NCBI GenBank assembly: GCA_026389585.1
Contig: JAPLHP010000075.1
Span: 1-61,349, forward strand
Reading direction: 5' to 3'
From: Chloroflexota bacterium
GTDB lineage: Bacteria; Chloroflexota; Dehalococcoidia; UBA2247; RBG-13-53-26
DNA length: 61,349 bases
The notes under the pieces were generated by a model. It was not told where the DNA came from, made no database searches, and saw only the letters and a list, made by a program, of their open reading frames with translations. Positions 41,574 through 50,277 of this stretch are shown in pieces. The translations under genes and the position numbers were made by a program. The stretch's first letter is position 1; the number at the start of each line of letters is the position of its first letter.

Positions 41574-42542
41574 ATGGAGTTAGTAGAACCTAAAAGGTGC
41601 CTCAATAGGGCTAGAGCATACCTCAAGCTTGATCCCTCTTCAGAAAAGGAAATCCTCTCCGAGTTGTACACCCATTTTGAAGACCGGGTGGAGGAACTAA
41701 AGGAGTCAGGATTTTCGGAGGAAGAGGCAATCCGGATAGCGGCCCGGGACTTTGGATCGTTGAAAGCTGTAGCGGGTGAATTAAATGAGGTGCATAGCAG
41801 CAGTAATTGGCCACAAGCACTAATGTCTGCTCTGCCCCATGTCCTGTTTTCGCTACTGTTTGTTTTTCATCAGTGGTCAAACCTTGGCTGGCTGTTGGTT
41901 ATCCTTTTGTCTGTAGTTGGTGTAGTGGCCTATGGGTGGCGACATGGTAGACCTACCTGGTTTTTTACCTGGCTGGGTTATACCTTGATGCCTCTGCTGG
42001 CAGTAGGTTTGGTTATTCTAGAGCGGGCATTAAGCCGTGATAACCTTGCCGGATCATGGTGGCTATGGTTGGCTGTGGTAGTCTATTTCTTTGTGGTTGG
42101 CCTGCTGTGTGTTCTTATAGTACTACGAACGTTGAAACGCGATTGGCTGCTTGGCTCATTGACGATCCTGCCGTTGTTGGCTGTAGTTGGCTGGTTCTTA
42201 ACAGCGCAATGGAAACAGGAGCTATTTCAGAGTGATGGCGGATCGCTTTCTGGCTTGGAGCCGTGGATAGCCTTGAGTTTCTTCACGCTGGCTGGCCTTG
42301 TGATCCTCTTCGCACGTCTAAAGAAAAGGTGGCTTAAGGCCGGGGTTTTGCTGGCTGCTGGCTTTGTCATTCTGACCATGATGGCTTCCTCCAGCGGTGG
42401 AAGTATTGGCTTCCCCAGTTTTGTTGTCCTGTTGTTAGTAGCCCTCCTCGTTCTTCTTGGGCCGGCGCTGCTGGACCGCAAGATAGCGCACCAGGAGACT
42501 GAGCAGGGTGAGGATTTCCTGGAAAGACATTCTTCTAAATAG
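41574..42542 (+). CDS. membrane protein with PadR-associated N-terminal sensor-like domain (DUF1700/HAAS-like)
   Basis: EKEILSELYTHFEDRVEELKESGFSEEEAIRIA, then at least 6 TM segments. It directly follows the padR gene. Confidence 0.6.
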   Translation: MELVEPKRCLNRARAYLKLDPSSEKEILSELYTHFEDRVEELKESGFSEEEAIRIAARDFGSLKAVAGELNEVHSSSNWPQALMSALPHVLFSLLFVFHQWSNLGWLLVILLSVVGVVAYGWRHGRPTWFFTWLGYTLMPLLAVGLVILERALSRDNLAGSWWLWLAVVVYFFVVGLLCVLIVLRTLKRDWLLGSLTILPLLAVVGWFLTAQWKQELFQSDGGSLSGLEPWIALSFFTLAGLVILFARLKKRWLKAGVLLAAGFVILTMMASSSGGSIGFPSFVVLLLVALLVLLGPALLDRKIAHQETEQGEDFLERHSSK

Positions 42543-42572
42543 CTCCATAGATATCGATTAAGGACTGTTGAT

Positions 42573-43265
42573 ATGCATGTTATGTGGACAGCGCTATGGA
42601 TTATCGGTGCTTACCTGTATGGAGCCATACCTGTGGTTTATCTCATAGGAAGGGTGCGGGGTGTTGATCTATCAAAAGAAGAAGATATGCATATCAGCCT
42701 GTGGCGAAAGGTGGGGCGCTCTGAGGGGTTCATAGGTCTTGCCTGGGATGTTGCCAAAGGTGGTATTGCTGTAGTTGTGGTTGATAGGGTTTTTGATCTG
42801 GGGCCGGGTGTGGTGGCGGGGGTGGGGCTGGCAGTGATAGTGGGAGAGATGTGGTCTGTATTCCTCAATTTCAGGGGAGAGAAGTCGAACACTACCGGCC
42901 TGGGCATGGCGGCGGCATTGGCCTATCAGGCGATACCTTTCCTGCTGGTTCCAATATTAATCGGTGTCATAGTAAGAACTTTGCCCAGATTTCTAGATCG
43001 GAGGCGGACACTGGACGAGCGTCTCAAGTTCGGTGGTCCCCCCAGCTTCAGCCTTCCTCTGGGTATGCTCACTGGTTTTGCCTTGTTTCCGGTGGGGTGC
43101 TGGGCCATGGGGTTGCCATGGGAAACGATGGCCGCTGGCATTGCACTGTTTGCCCTGATAGCAACCAAGAGGTTAACGGCTGGCCTTACAGATGACTTGA
43201 AGACAGGCGGAAACAAGTTGAGCATCCTGCTTAATCGGCTACTGTTGGACCGCAGCTTTCTATAG
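42573..43265 (+). CDS. PlsY-like (glycerol-3-phosphate acyltransferase family) membrane protein, divergent
   Basis: GAIPVVYLIGRVRGVDL..DVAKGG resembles the PlsY N-terminus but lacks the GSGN motif. Confidence 0.4.
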   Translation: MHVMWTALWIIGAYLYGAIPVVYLIGRVRGVDLSKEEDMHISLWRKVGRSEGFIGLAWDVAKGGIAVVVVDRVFDLGPGVVAGVGLAVIVGEMWSVFLNFRGEKSNTTGLGMAAALAYQAIPFLLVPILIGVIVRTLPRFLDRRRTLDERLKFGGPPSFSLPLGMLTGFALFPVGCWAMGLPWETMAAGIALFALIATKRLTAGLTDDLKTGGNKLSILLNRLLLDRSFL

Positions 43266-43366
43266 GCGTTCTCCCCTGTCGCCTGTCGATTGCATTTGCT
43301 GACCGCTCGCCTGGCACTGCCCCCGATCATTTCAAAAGATCTTGAAATGCCATATAATTTGCTCCG

Positions 43367-43954
43367 ATGAACAGAAGTGAAGTGGCTGATGATGTTCGAC
43401 GGCTGAGGGAGAGCCTGGGAGAATTGCCGGAGCCTGTGGTCAGGCCTGCCATGGTTGTGGTTAGCGGACTGCCTGGAACAGGTAAGTCCTATTTCTGTCG
43501 TCGGCTGTCTGAGAGAGTCCCTCTGGCGATCCTGGAAAGTGATAGCCTGCGCAAGGTAATGTTTCCATCTCCCTGCTACAGTAAGGAGGAGAGCCTGCAT
43601 CTGTTCCAGGCTGTGTACAAGCTTCTGGAGGAATTGCTGAGGAGGGGGATAACATTGGCTCTGGATGCTACCAATCTGGAAGAGCATCACCGTGAGCGTC
43701 TCTACCATATTGTTGAGCAGACCGGAGCGAAGCTGATCATGGTACGAGTCGAGGCCCCTCCAGAGGTGGTATATCAACGCCTGGAGGGCCGTTTAAGAAG
43801 GGCAGATCCGTCAGACCATTCAGAGGCTGATTGGGAAGTTTATAATAGAATGAGGTTCTCTGTTGAGAGGATAGGCCGCAATCATTTTACAGTGGATACC
43901 TCAAAGGATATCACTCCAATAATAGATAAGATCGTGCACCTGATAGATCAATAG
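43367..43954 (+). CDS. P-loop kinase / AAA family ATPase
   Basis: VVSGLPGTGKSYF Walker A, about 195 aa, DATN motif. Confidence 0.7.
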   Translation: MNRSEVADDVRRLRESLGELPEPVVRPAMVVVSGLPGTGKSYFCRRLSERVPLAILESDSLRKVMFPSPCYSKEESLHLFQAVYKLLEELLRRGITLALDATNLEEHHRERLYHIVEQTGAKLIMVRVEAPPEVVYQRLEGRLRRADPSDHSEADWEVYNRMRFSVERIGRNHFTVDTSKDITPIIDKIVHLIDQ

Positions 43955-43979
43955 CCCCTGTTGAGAAAGGAGGACAACC

Positions 43980-45482
43980 CTGGATATCAAGGTAGTACTT
44001 GGTGATGTCACCAAGATTGAAGTTGATGCCATTGTGGTAAACATTTTTGAAGGAATTCTGCAACCTGGCGGTGCTACGGGAGTTGTGGACAAAGCGCTTG
44101 ACGGGGCTGTTAGCCAGCTTATCGCCAGTGGTGAAATCAAGGGCAAACTCAGTGAATGTACTCTTATTCATACCCTGGGCAGGATTCCGGCCAGGCGGGT
44201 AATAGTCGCTGGCCTGGGGAAGCAACCCCAGCTGACCCTGGACAGGATCAGGCGTGTTTCTGCCGAGGCATGCCGTTATGCAAGGGGAAAGGGGATAAAG
44301 AGGATAGCCACCATTGCTCATGGAGCAGGGGTAGGCAGCATTGAGCCGGAAAAGGCTGCTCAGGCCATAGTTGAAGGAAGCATCCTGGGCCTCTATACCT
44401 TCCGGAGGCACATATCCAAGGAGCCTGATAATGGCCGTATTGAGGAAATCCTGATTATAGAAAGGGATGAAGGCAAAGTCGCTCAACTGGAGAGAGGCTG
44501 CAAGAATGGCAGGGTAATTGCGGAGGCTGTAACCTTTGCGCGGGACATGATCAATGAACCAGCCAACTTTATGACCCCCGGCGATATGGCGGACATAGCC
44601 AGAAAGATGGCTGTTGAACTGGATCTCCAATGTACTGTTCTGGAGAAAGAGCAGATGCAAGAAATGGGGATGGGGGCCTTACTGGGTGTGGCTCAGGGGA
44701 GCCAGCAACTCCCGAAATTCGTAGTGCTGCAGTATAAAGGCGATAGTTCCTCTCAGAGGACGGTAGGTTTGGTGGGCAAGTGGATAACCTTTGATTCAGG
44801 GGGGATTTCGATCAAGCCGGCAGAAGACATGGGTGAAATGAAGGGTGATATGGCAGGAGGGGCTACGGTTATGGCTGTTCTACAGGCGCTGGGGCGGCTG
44901 AAACCAAGAATCAATGTCACTGCTTTCATACCGGCTACAGAGAACCTGCCTAACGGGAAAGCTCTCAAGCCTGGTGATGTAATTCAAGCCATGAACGGTA
45001 AGACTATCGAGATAATCAGTACAGACGCTGAGTGAAGGCTGATTCTAGCCGATGCGCTATCGTATGCTGATAGATCGGGGCTTTCTCCCATATTGGATGT
45101 AGCTACCCTAACCGGTGCCTGCCGCGTGGCTTTGGGAGATGTAGCTACCGGTGCGTTCACGAATGATGAGAAACTGTTGAATGAAGTGATCAAAGCGGCA
45201 GAGGAAGCAGGCGAGCATCTCTGGCAGATGCCGATGTATGAAGAGTATAAGGAACAAAACAAGAGTGAGGTGGCTGATATCAAGAACAGCGGGGGAAGAT
45301 TTGGAGGTGCCATTACTGCAGCCCAGTTCCTGAGTGAATTTGCCGGTGATAGCCCCTGGGTTCATCTGGATATAGCAGGCACTTCCTATACCAGCAAAGA
45401 GAAGGGTTATGTGGTGAAGGGGGCAACAGGGGTGACAGTACGGACTCTAATCAATCTTGTCCTTGCTTTGGCTGCGGAGTGA
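43980..45482 (+). pseudogene. pepA: leucyl aminopeptidase (M17) interrupted by one in-frame TGA
   Basis: VGKWITFDSGG and TDAE-stop-RLILADAL compare with the family signatures VGKGxTFDxGG and NTDAEGRL. Both halves are in one frame. The only plausible start is CTG 43980, 6 nt after GAAAGGAGG. Confidence 0.7.
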
Positions 45483-45612
45483 GCCTGGTAGTGAGTTCCA
45501 GGTTGAATGATACATCATCGGGGATATCCGACATGCTTGGCCTTGGTAATGTTGACATGAGGAAGATGCAAAGTCGTGCTTTACTCGCAGATTCTACCGG
45601 GAGGTGAGAATC

Positions 45613-46260
45613 ATGAAGATCAAGTGGCTGGGACATGCCGCATTCCTGGTAAGCTTGGATACGGGTGTTAAGATAGTCTGTGATCCCTATTCCTTAGGAG
45701 GAGGTATTGATTACGGTCAGATACAGGAATCGGCTGATGTAGTGACGGTGAGCCACAAGCATCACGACCATGATAATGTGGCGGATGTGAAAGGGAAACC
45801 AGATGTGCTTGATACTCCTGGAAGCAGGAAGGCAAGAGGGATAGACTTCAAAGGGATTGCCAGCTATCACGATGCAGTGAAAGGAAAACAGCGAGGAGAC
45901 AACACAATCTTCTGTTTTACTGTGGATGGGGTAAAGATATGTCACCTGGGCGATCTGGGGCACGAGCTCGATAGCAGCCAGGCGGCAGAGATTGGGAATA
46001 CGGATATCTTGCTTGTGCCTGTAGGAGGATTCTATACTATCGATGCTAAGGAAGCGACGAAGGTCTGCGAAAAGCTGAAACCCAGACTGGTCATTCCTAT
46101 GCATTACAAGACTGACAAGTGTAGCTATCCCGTAGCCGGGGTGGATGATTTTCTGAAGGGCAGGAAGAATGTACGCCGGTTGGGTGTCAGTGAGATGGAG
46201 ATCAAGAAGGAGCAACTGCCTGCCATTACGGAGACCCTGGTACTGGAACATGCACTCTGA
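45613..46260 (+). CDS. MBL-fold metal-dependent hydrolase (UPF0173-like)
   Basis: MKIKWLGHAAFLV..DPY, HKHHDH. GGGAGGTGA upstream. Confidence 0.8.
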   Translation: MKIKWLGHAAFLVSLDTGVKIVCDPYSLGGGIDYGQIQESADVVTVSHKHHDHDNVADVKGKPDVLDTPGSRKARGIDFKGIASYHDAVKGKQRGDNTIFCFTVDGVKICHLGDLGHELDSSQAAEIGNTDILLVPVGGFYTIDAKEATKVCEKLKPRLVIPMHYKTDKCSYPVAGVDDFLKGRKNVRRLGVSEMEIKKEQLPAITETLVLEHAL

Positions 46261-46334
46261 GAGAAGTCGCTGGGCAGGCCTGCCTATAAATAACTGTTAG
46301 CTGTTGTCAATCGATTACACTGAGGGATCATATT

Positions 46335-47672
46335 GTGAAGATAATCTATAACATAGCGGATGCCAGGGCCAACCTGCTGGTGCGCACTCCCTTGGAGTTG
46401 CAGGAAATCTCTCCGGGTTTGAAGCTGAAGGTGAGGGAAGCTTTTGGTGAGGAGCTTACTCTGCAGGAGGTTGTGGGGCGCATTGTCGCTGAGGTTCGCG
46501 CAAGTGGTGACAGGGCGCTCTTTGATTATGGCAAGCGGATCGATGGGGTTAAACTGGCTGCTCTGGAAGTAAGGCCCGAGGAGATTGCTCGGGCACGCAG
46601 TAAGGTGGGGAGTGAGCTTCTATCCGCGCTGGAGCTGGCTGCACAAAGGATCAAGTCTTTCCACATGAACTGCAAGCGCCAGAGCTGGGTTGATTTTGCC
46701 GAAGGCGGCCTGGGACAGTGGATTCGCCCGCTTGGGACAGTAGGCATCTACGTCCCTGGAGGCAGGGCTTCCTATCCTTCAACTGTGCTGATGACTGCCA
46801 TACCAGCGAGGGTGGCAGGGGTGAGTGAGATCATAGTCGCCACCCCTCCAGGGCAGGATGGGGTATCTCCAGCGACGCTGGTTGCTGCCGAACTTGCTGG
46901 GGTGGACCGTGTTTTCAAGATTGGCGGTGCTCAGGCTATTGCTGCTCTGGCCTTTGGAACTCAAACGGTTCCCAGGGTGGACAAGATATGCGGTCCAGGG
47001 AACATCTTTGTGCAGTTGGCAAAGAGGATGGTCTATGGCATGGTTGATATTGACGGCTTCTACGGGCCTACCGAGACAATCATTCTGGCGGATGAGAGTG
47101 CCAATCCTGCCATTTGTGCTGCTGATCTCCTGGCTCAGGCAGAGCATGACGTGCTGGCCTCTGCCATTTTGATTACTACTTCGGCAGAGCTGGCAACGCG
47201 GGTGAACCAGGAGGTGGCAAAGCAACTGGTCGAACTGGACAGGCAGGATATCATCACCGCTTCATTGGAAAATAGGGGTGGCATAATAGTGGTTGATGAT
47301 GTGGAACGGGCGGCAGAGTTGATTAATGACTATGCTCCGGAGCACCTCTCTTTAATGGTCAAAGATGCGTGGTCTTGTGCGGAGAAGATGAGGAATGCCG
47401 GGGGTATCTTCATAGGTGAGGACTCCCCCGAGGTTGTTGGTGATTATGTTGCCGGGCCGAGCCATGTAATGCCTACCGGGGGCACTGCGCGTTTTGGTTC
47501 TCCCCTTACAGTAGACGATTTTCTCAAGGTGACCAGCGTGATAGCCATAGATGGTAAGGCATTGAGGGCAATAGGTCCGGCGGCGGCAAACATTGCCAAG
47601 GCTGAGGGACTCGATGCGCATGCGAGAGCGGTAAACATAAGGTTGACTAGACGTAAAAGGAAGAGGGAATAG
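46335..47672 (+). CDS. hisD: histidinol dehydrogenase
   Basis: VGIYVPGG.A.YPS, GPGN.FV and AQAEHD motifs. Confidence 0.95.
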   Translation: MKIIYNIADARANLLVRTPLELQEISPGLKLKVREAFGEELTLQEVVGRIVAEVRASGDRALFDYGKRIDGVKLAALEVRPEEIARARSKVGSELLSALELAAQRIKSFHMNCKRQSWVDFAEGGLGQWIRPLGTVGIYVPGGRASYPSTVLMTAIPARVAGVSEIIVATPPGQDGVSPATLVAAELAGVDRVFKIGGAQAIAALAFGTQTVPRVDKICGPGNIFVQLAKRMVYGMVDIDGFYGPTETIILADESANPAICAADLLAQAEHDVLASAILITTSAELATRVNQEVAKQLVELDRQDIITASLENRGGIIVVDDVERAAELINDYAPEHLSLMVKDAWSCAEKMRNAGGIFIGEDSPEVVGDYVAGPSHVMPTGGTARFGSPLTVDDFLKVTSVIAIDGKALRAIGPAAANIAKAEGLDAHARAVNIRLTRRKRKRE

Positions 47673-47674
47673 AC

Positions 47675-48541
47675 ATGGTATCTCCAGTAGAAGAAAGAAA
47701 AGACGTGGTTGGTGTTCGTTTTCAGCGGGCCGGAAAGGTTTACTACTTTAACCCCGCAGGAGTTGACATGGAGGTCAATGACCGCGTGGTCGTGGAGACC
47801 GAACGTGGCCATACTATAGGCAGAGTGGTCATCGCGCCAAAGCAGGTACTGGCCAGCGGGCTAACCGAGCCGCTGAAACCAGTGCTGCGTAAGGCAAGCC
47901 CTGAAGACGTGGAACAGCAGGAAAAGGGACGCCAGAAGGAGCAGGAAGCTCTGGCCAAGTGCGCCGAGCTAGCGGGCAATCTCAATTTGCCAATCAAGCT
48001 TCGCGGTGCCGAAAGCAATTTGGATTGTAGCTACGTTACCATTTTCTTCAGTGCGGAGGGGAGAGTTGACTTTCGACAGCTGGTGAGGGATCTGGCCAGT
48101 GCTCTCAAGATGCGTGTTGAGCTTCACCAGATAGGACCCAGAGATGAAGCTAAACTAATGGGGGGAATTGGCAGATGCGGTTATCCTCTGTGCTGTACAA
48201 CTTTCTTGACTGAATTCAATCCCCTTTCTATCAGGACTGCCAAGGATCAAGGCCTTTCTCTGGAGCCGGCAAAGATCTCTGGTGCCTGCGGACGCTTGCT
48301 CTGCTGCCTTGGTTATGAGGCCGCGTATTATCGGTTGATGAAGGAAAAAATGCCTCGTATAGGTCAGTCGGTGGTCACTCCCGTGGGTGAGGGGAGTGTA
48401 ACCGGCGTAAATGTTTTGAAGGAGACAGTAATAGTAGAGCTGGAAAGTCAGGCAACGGTCGAATTACCTGCTGCTGAAGTGGTACGGAAGGACTCTGGGG
48501 AACCAACGAAGAAAAAAGGGCAAAAGCCCCCCAGACCATAG
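47675..48541 (+). CDS. ricT: PSP1 domain protein / RicT (YaaT) homolog
   Basis: VVGVRFQRAGKVYYF, VVVETERG and CGRLLCCL motifs. Confidence 0.85.
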   Translation: MVSPVEERKDVVGVRFQRAGKVYYFNPAGVDMEVNDRVVVETERGHTIGRVVIAPKQVLASGLTEPLKPVLRKASPEDVEQQEKGRQKEQEALAKCAELAGNLNLPIKLRGAESNLDCSYVTIFFSAEGRVDFRQLVRDLASALKMRVELHQIGPRDEAKLMGGIGRCGYPLCCTTFLTEFNPLSIRTAKDQGLSLEPAKISGACGRLLCCLGYEAAYYRLMKEKMPRIGQSVVTPVGEGSVTGVNVLKETVIVELESQATVELPAAEVVRKDSGEPTKKKGQKPPRP

Positions 48542-48554
48542 TGCCTGGTGGCAC

Positions 48555-48973
48555 AAGGCAGAGTAACAATCGAGATTCTTCGCTGCGCTCAGAATGACAC
48601 AGTGGGCGACGTCAGAATGACACAATGGCCAAGCAGAATGGCGAATCGCCCGTACGACACTGGATTCCCGCTTTCGCGGGAATGACATTCGGGTCAGGTC
48701 GGGGACCTGACACCCACTTCTGACATTCGGGCGGTTTGTCACCCTGAGCGAAGGCGAAGGGTCTCCCTTCAGTAGAGACTCTGTCCACTGCCCCTGGTTC
48801 CCCACCTCGGACAGAGCTAAAGCTCTATCCCTACAGGCTGGAGTGACAATGCGCGCCGCATCACACCACCCCGAGATTGCTTCGTCGTCCCTCTGAAGAG
48901 GGACTTCTCGCAAAGACACGGGGGGTTCGTCCTTCTGATGAATCCTTCCCAGAGTGAAGAACTCGCAATGACA
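48555..48973. repeat. mosaic palindromic repeat cluster; 48660-48973 is the left copy of a ~300-bp direct repeat
   Basis: Units GGATTCCCGCTTTCGCGGGAATGAC, GTCAGGTCGGGGACCTGAC, GTCACCCTGAGCGAAGGCGAAGGGTCTCCC, CTCTGTCC..GGACAGAG and TCCCTCTGAAGAGGGA. The same order recurs at 49732-50014. Confidence 0.85.
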
Positions 48974-49056
48974 ACAGTGTGGACTTAGGAGACAGCTTCC
49001 GGGGACCTGGCACTCACGTAACTTGGCGAAACGGCAGATAATGACCTGATGCGACC

Positions 49057-49572
49057 CTAGTTTGCTGCTGGAAGGAACTTCTGCCATTCTTTATGGCCGC
49101 TAAGGTGTTGATAAGGAATGGAGAAGGTGGTGGGTGGTGGTGGGATAGGGTGGTGGATAAGCTTCATATCTGCCTGCGTGGGTGTTCGCCCGGCCTTTCT
49201 CAGATTACAGGAAAGGCAACAGCTAACTACATTTCCCCAATCGTGAGTGCCCCCCTGGCTGCGCGGCATAACATGATCCAGGGTTAAATCCTTGATCTCA
49301 CGCCCACAGTATTGGCAGGTATGTTTGTCACGGTTGAATACCTCGAAACGCGTCAGCTTTTTCTGCAAACGAGGACGTCTGACAAACTGCGTGAGACGGA
49401 CTACTGAGGGTATAGGAAAGGAACTACTGATAGCGTGTATCTCACCTCGGCCATTTTCGATTACCTCGGCCTTGCGGTTAATGATCAGGATTACTGCCCG
49501 TCGGACCCGGCAGATGTTGAGGGGTTGATAGCCCTGGTTGAGAACGAGAACCGGAGCGTTTATGATATCCAC
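49057..49572 (-). CDS. HNH endonuclease
   Basis: CQYCG..LTLDHVMPRSQGG..WGNVVSCCLSCNLRK. Confidence 0.88.
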   Translation of the reverse strand: MDIINAPVLVLNQGYQPLNICRVRRAVILIINRKAEVIENGRGEIHAISSSFPIPSVVRLTQFVRRPRLQKKLTRFEVFNRDKHTCQYCGREIKDLTLDHVMPRSQGGTHDWGNVVSCCLSCNLRKAGRTPTQADMKLIHHPIPPPPTTFSIPYQHLSGHKEWQKFLPAAN

Positions 49573-49731
49573 AGCACTTCCTCAATAGAGATGTTCAAAC
49601 TCCTGGAATATTTTGATAGATTTGCTCTACTGCCATGAGAGGGCATGCCCCCTGCCTTCAAAACTGATCTATTCTACTGGAAGAGATATCCCAGTGCAAC
49701 TATGCTTCGATCTGATGCTTGCAAAGACACC

Positions 49732-50150
49732 CTGGATTCCCGCTTTCGCGGGAATGACATTCGGGTCTGGTCGGGGACCTGACACACACTTCTGACATTC
49801 GGGCGGTTTGTCACCCTGAGCGAAGGCGAAGGGTCTCCCTTCAGTAGGGGCTCTGTCCACTGCCCCTGGTTCGCGACCTCGGACAGAGCTAAAGCTCTAT
49901 CCCTACATGCTGTTCCTACAGGGTGGAGGACCATGCACGCTGCATCACACCACCCCGAGATTGCTTCGTCGCTCTTCCGCGGACCCTTCCCAGAGTGAAG
50001 GACTCGCAATGACAGTAGAAATATCACCCTCACCCTAGCCCTCTCCCATCAAAGGGAGAGGGAATGACAGGGGGATGGAATTCGTCTGTCACTTGCGCCT
50101 CCGTTTTCCGGGTCAGGTCTGGGACCTGACACCCACTTTGAGAATCCACG
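49732..50150. repeat. mosaic palindromic repeat cluster; 49732-50014 is the right copy of the direct repeat
   Basis: Nearly identical to 48660-48973 apart from one missing module and some substitutions. Extra units follow, CACCCTCACCCTAGCCCTCTCCCATCAAAGGGAGAGGG and GTCAGGTCTGGGACCTGAC. Confidence 0.85.
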
Positions 50151-50277
50151 GATTATGGATGGCTCTGCAGTCTTGAATCTATGACGCCTGCTGATGTAAG
50201 ATCGGGTGAAGTGCGTGGAAGTATAGCGGAGCATCCTTCTTTGGTTCTGCCTGAATCATAAAGGGACTGGTATCAAT

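Noticed and set aside
42926-43777. Long antisense ORFs: 283 aa here, and also 43911-44660, 12962-13603, 10404-10937, 45694-46251, 52083-52778 and 58807-59397.
   Set aside because: Each lies opposite a gene with strong family motifs, has low-complexity Arg/Pro/Ser-rich composition typical of antisense frames in GC-rich DNA, and has no recognisable domain.
45033-45035. The in-frame TGA in pepA as evidence for a UGA=Gly genetic code (code 25) or selenocysteine.
   Set aside because: TGA clearly terminates well-supported genes in this window, for example at 24995-24997, 30300-30302 and 31079-31081. The position is a structural Gly, not a redox Cys/Sec site. A second G-to-T change at another invariant Gly (44781) points to mutation or a sequencing artefact instead.
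48464-49087. A 207-aa ORF, plus similar ORFs at 49674-50033, 57976-58314 and 59963-60296, spanning the palindromic repeat clusters.
   Set aside because: These are translations of the mosaic repeats (strings like SFPRKRES, VIPAKAGIQ, VTLSEAKG). The same sequence occurs in both orientations, there is no RBS, and they have no domain-like content. They are not coding.
48555-50150. A possible CRISPR array suggested by many short palindromic repeats.
   Set aside because: The units are heterogeneous, irregularly spaced and abut each other without unique spacers of constant length. No cas genes are present in the window.
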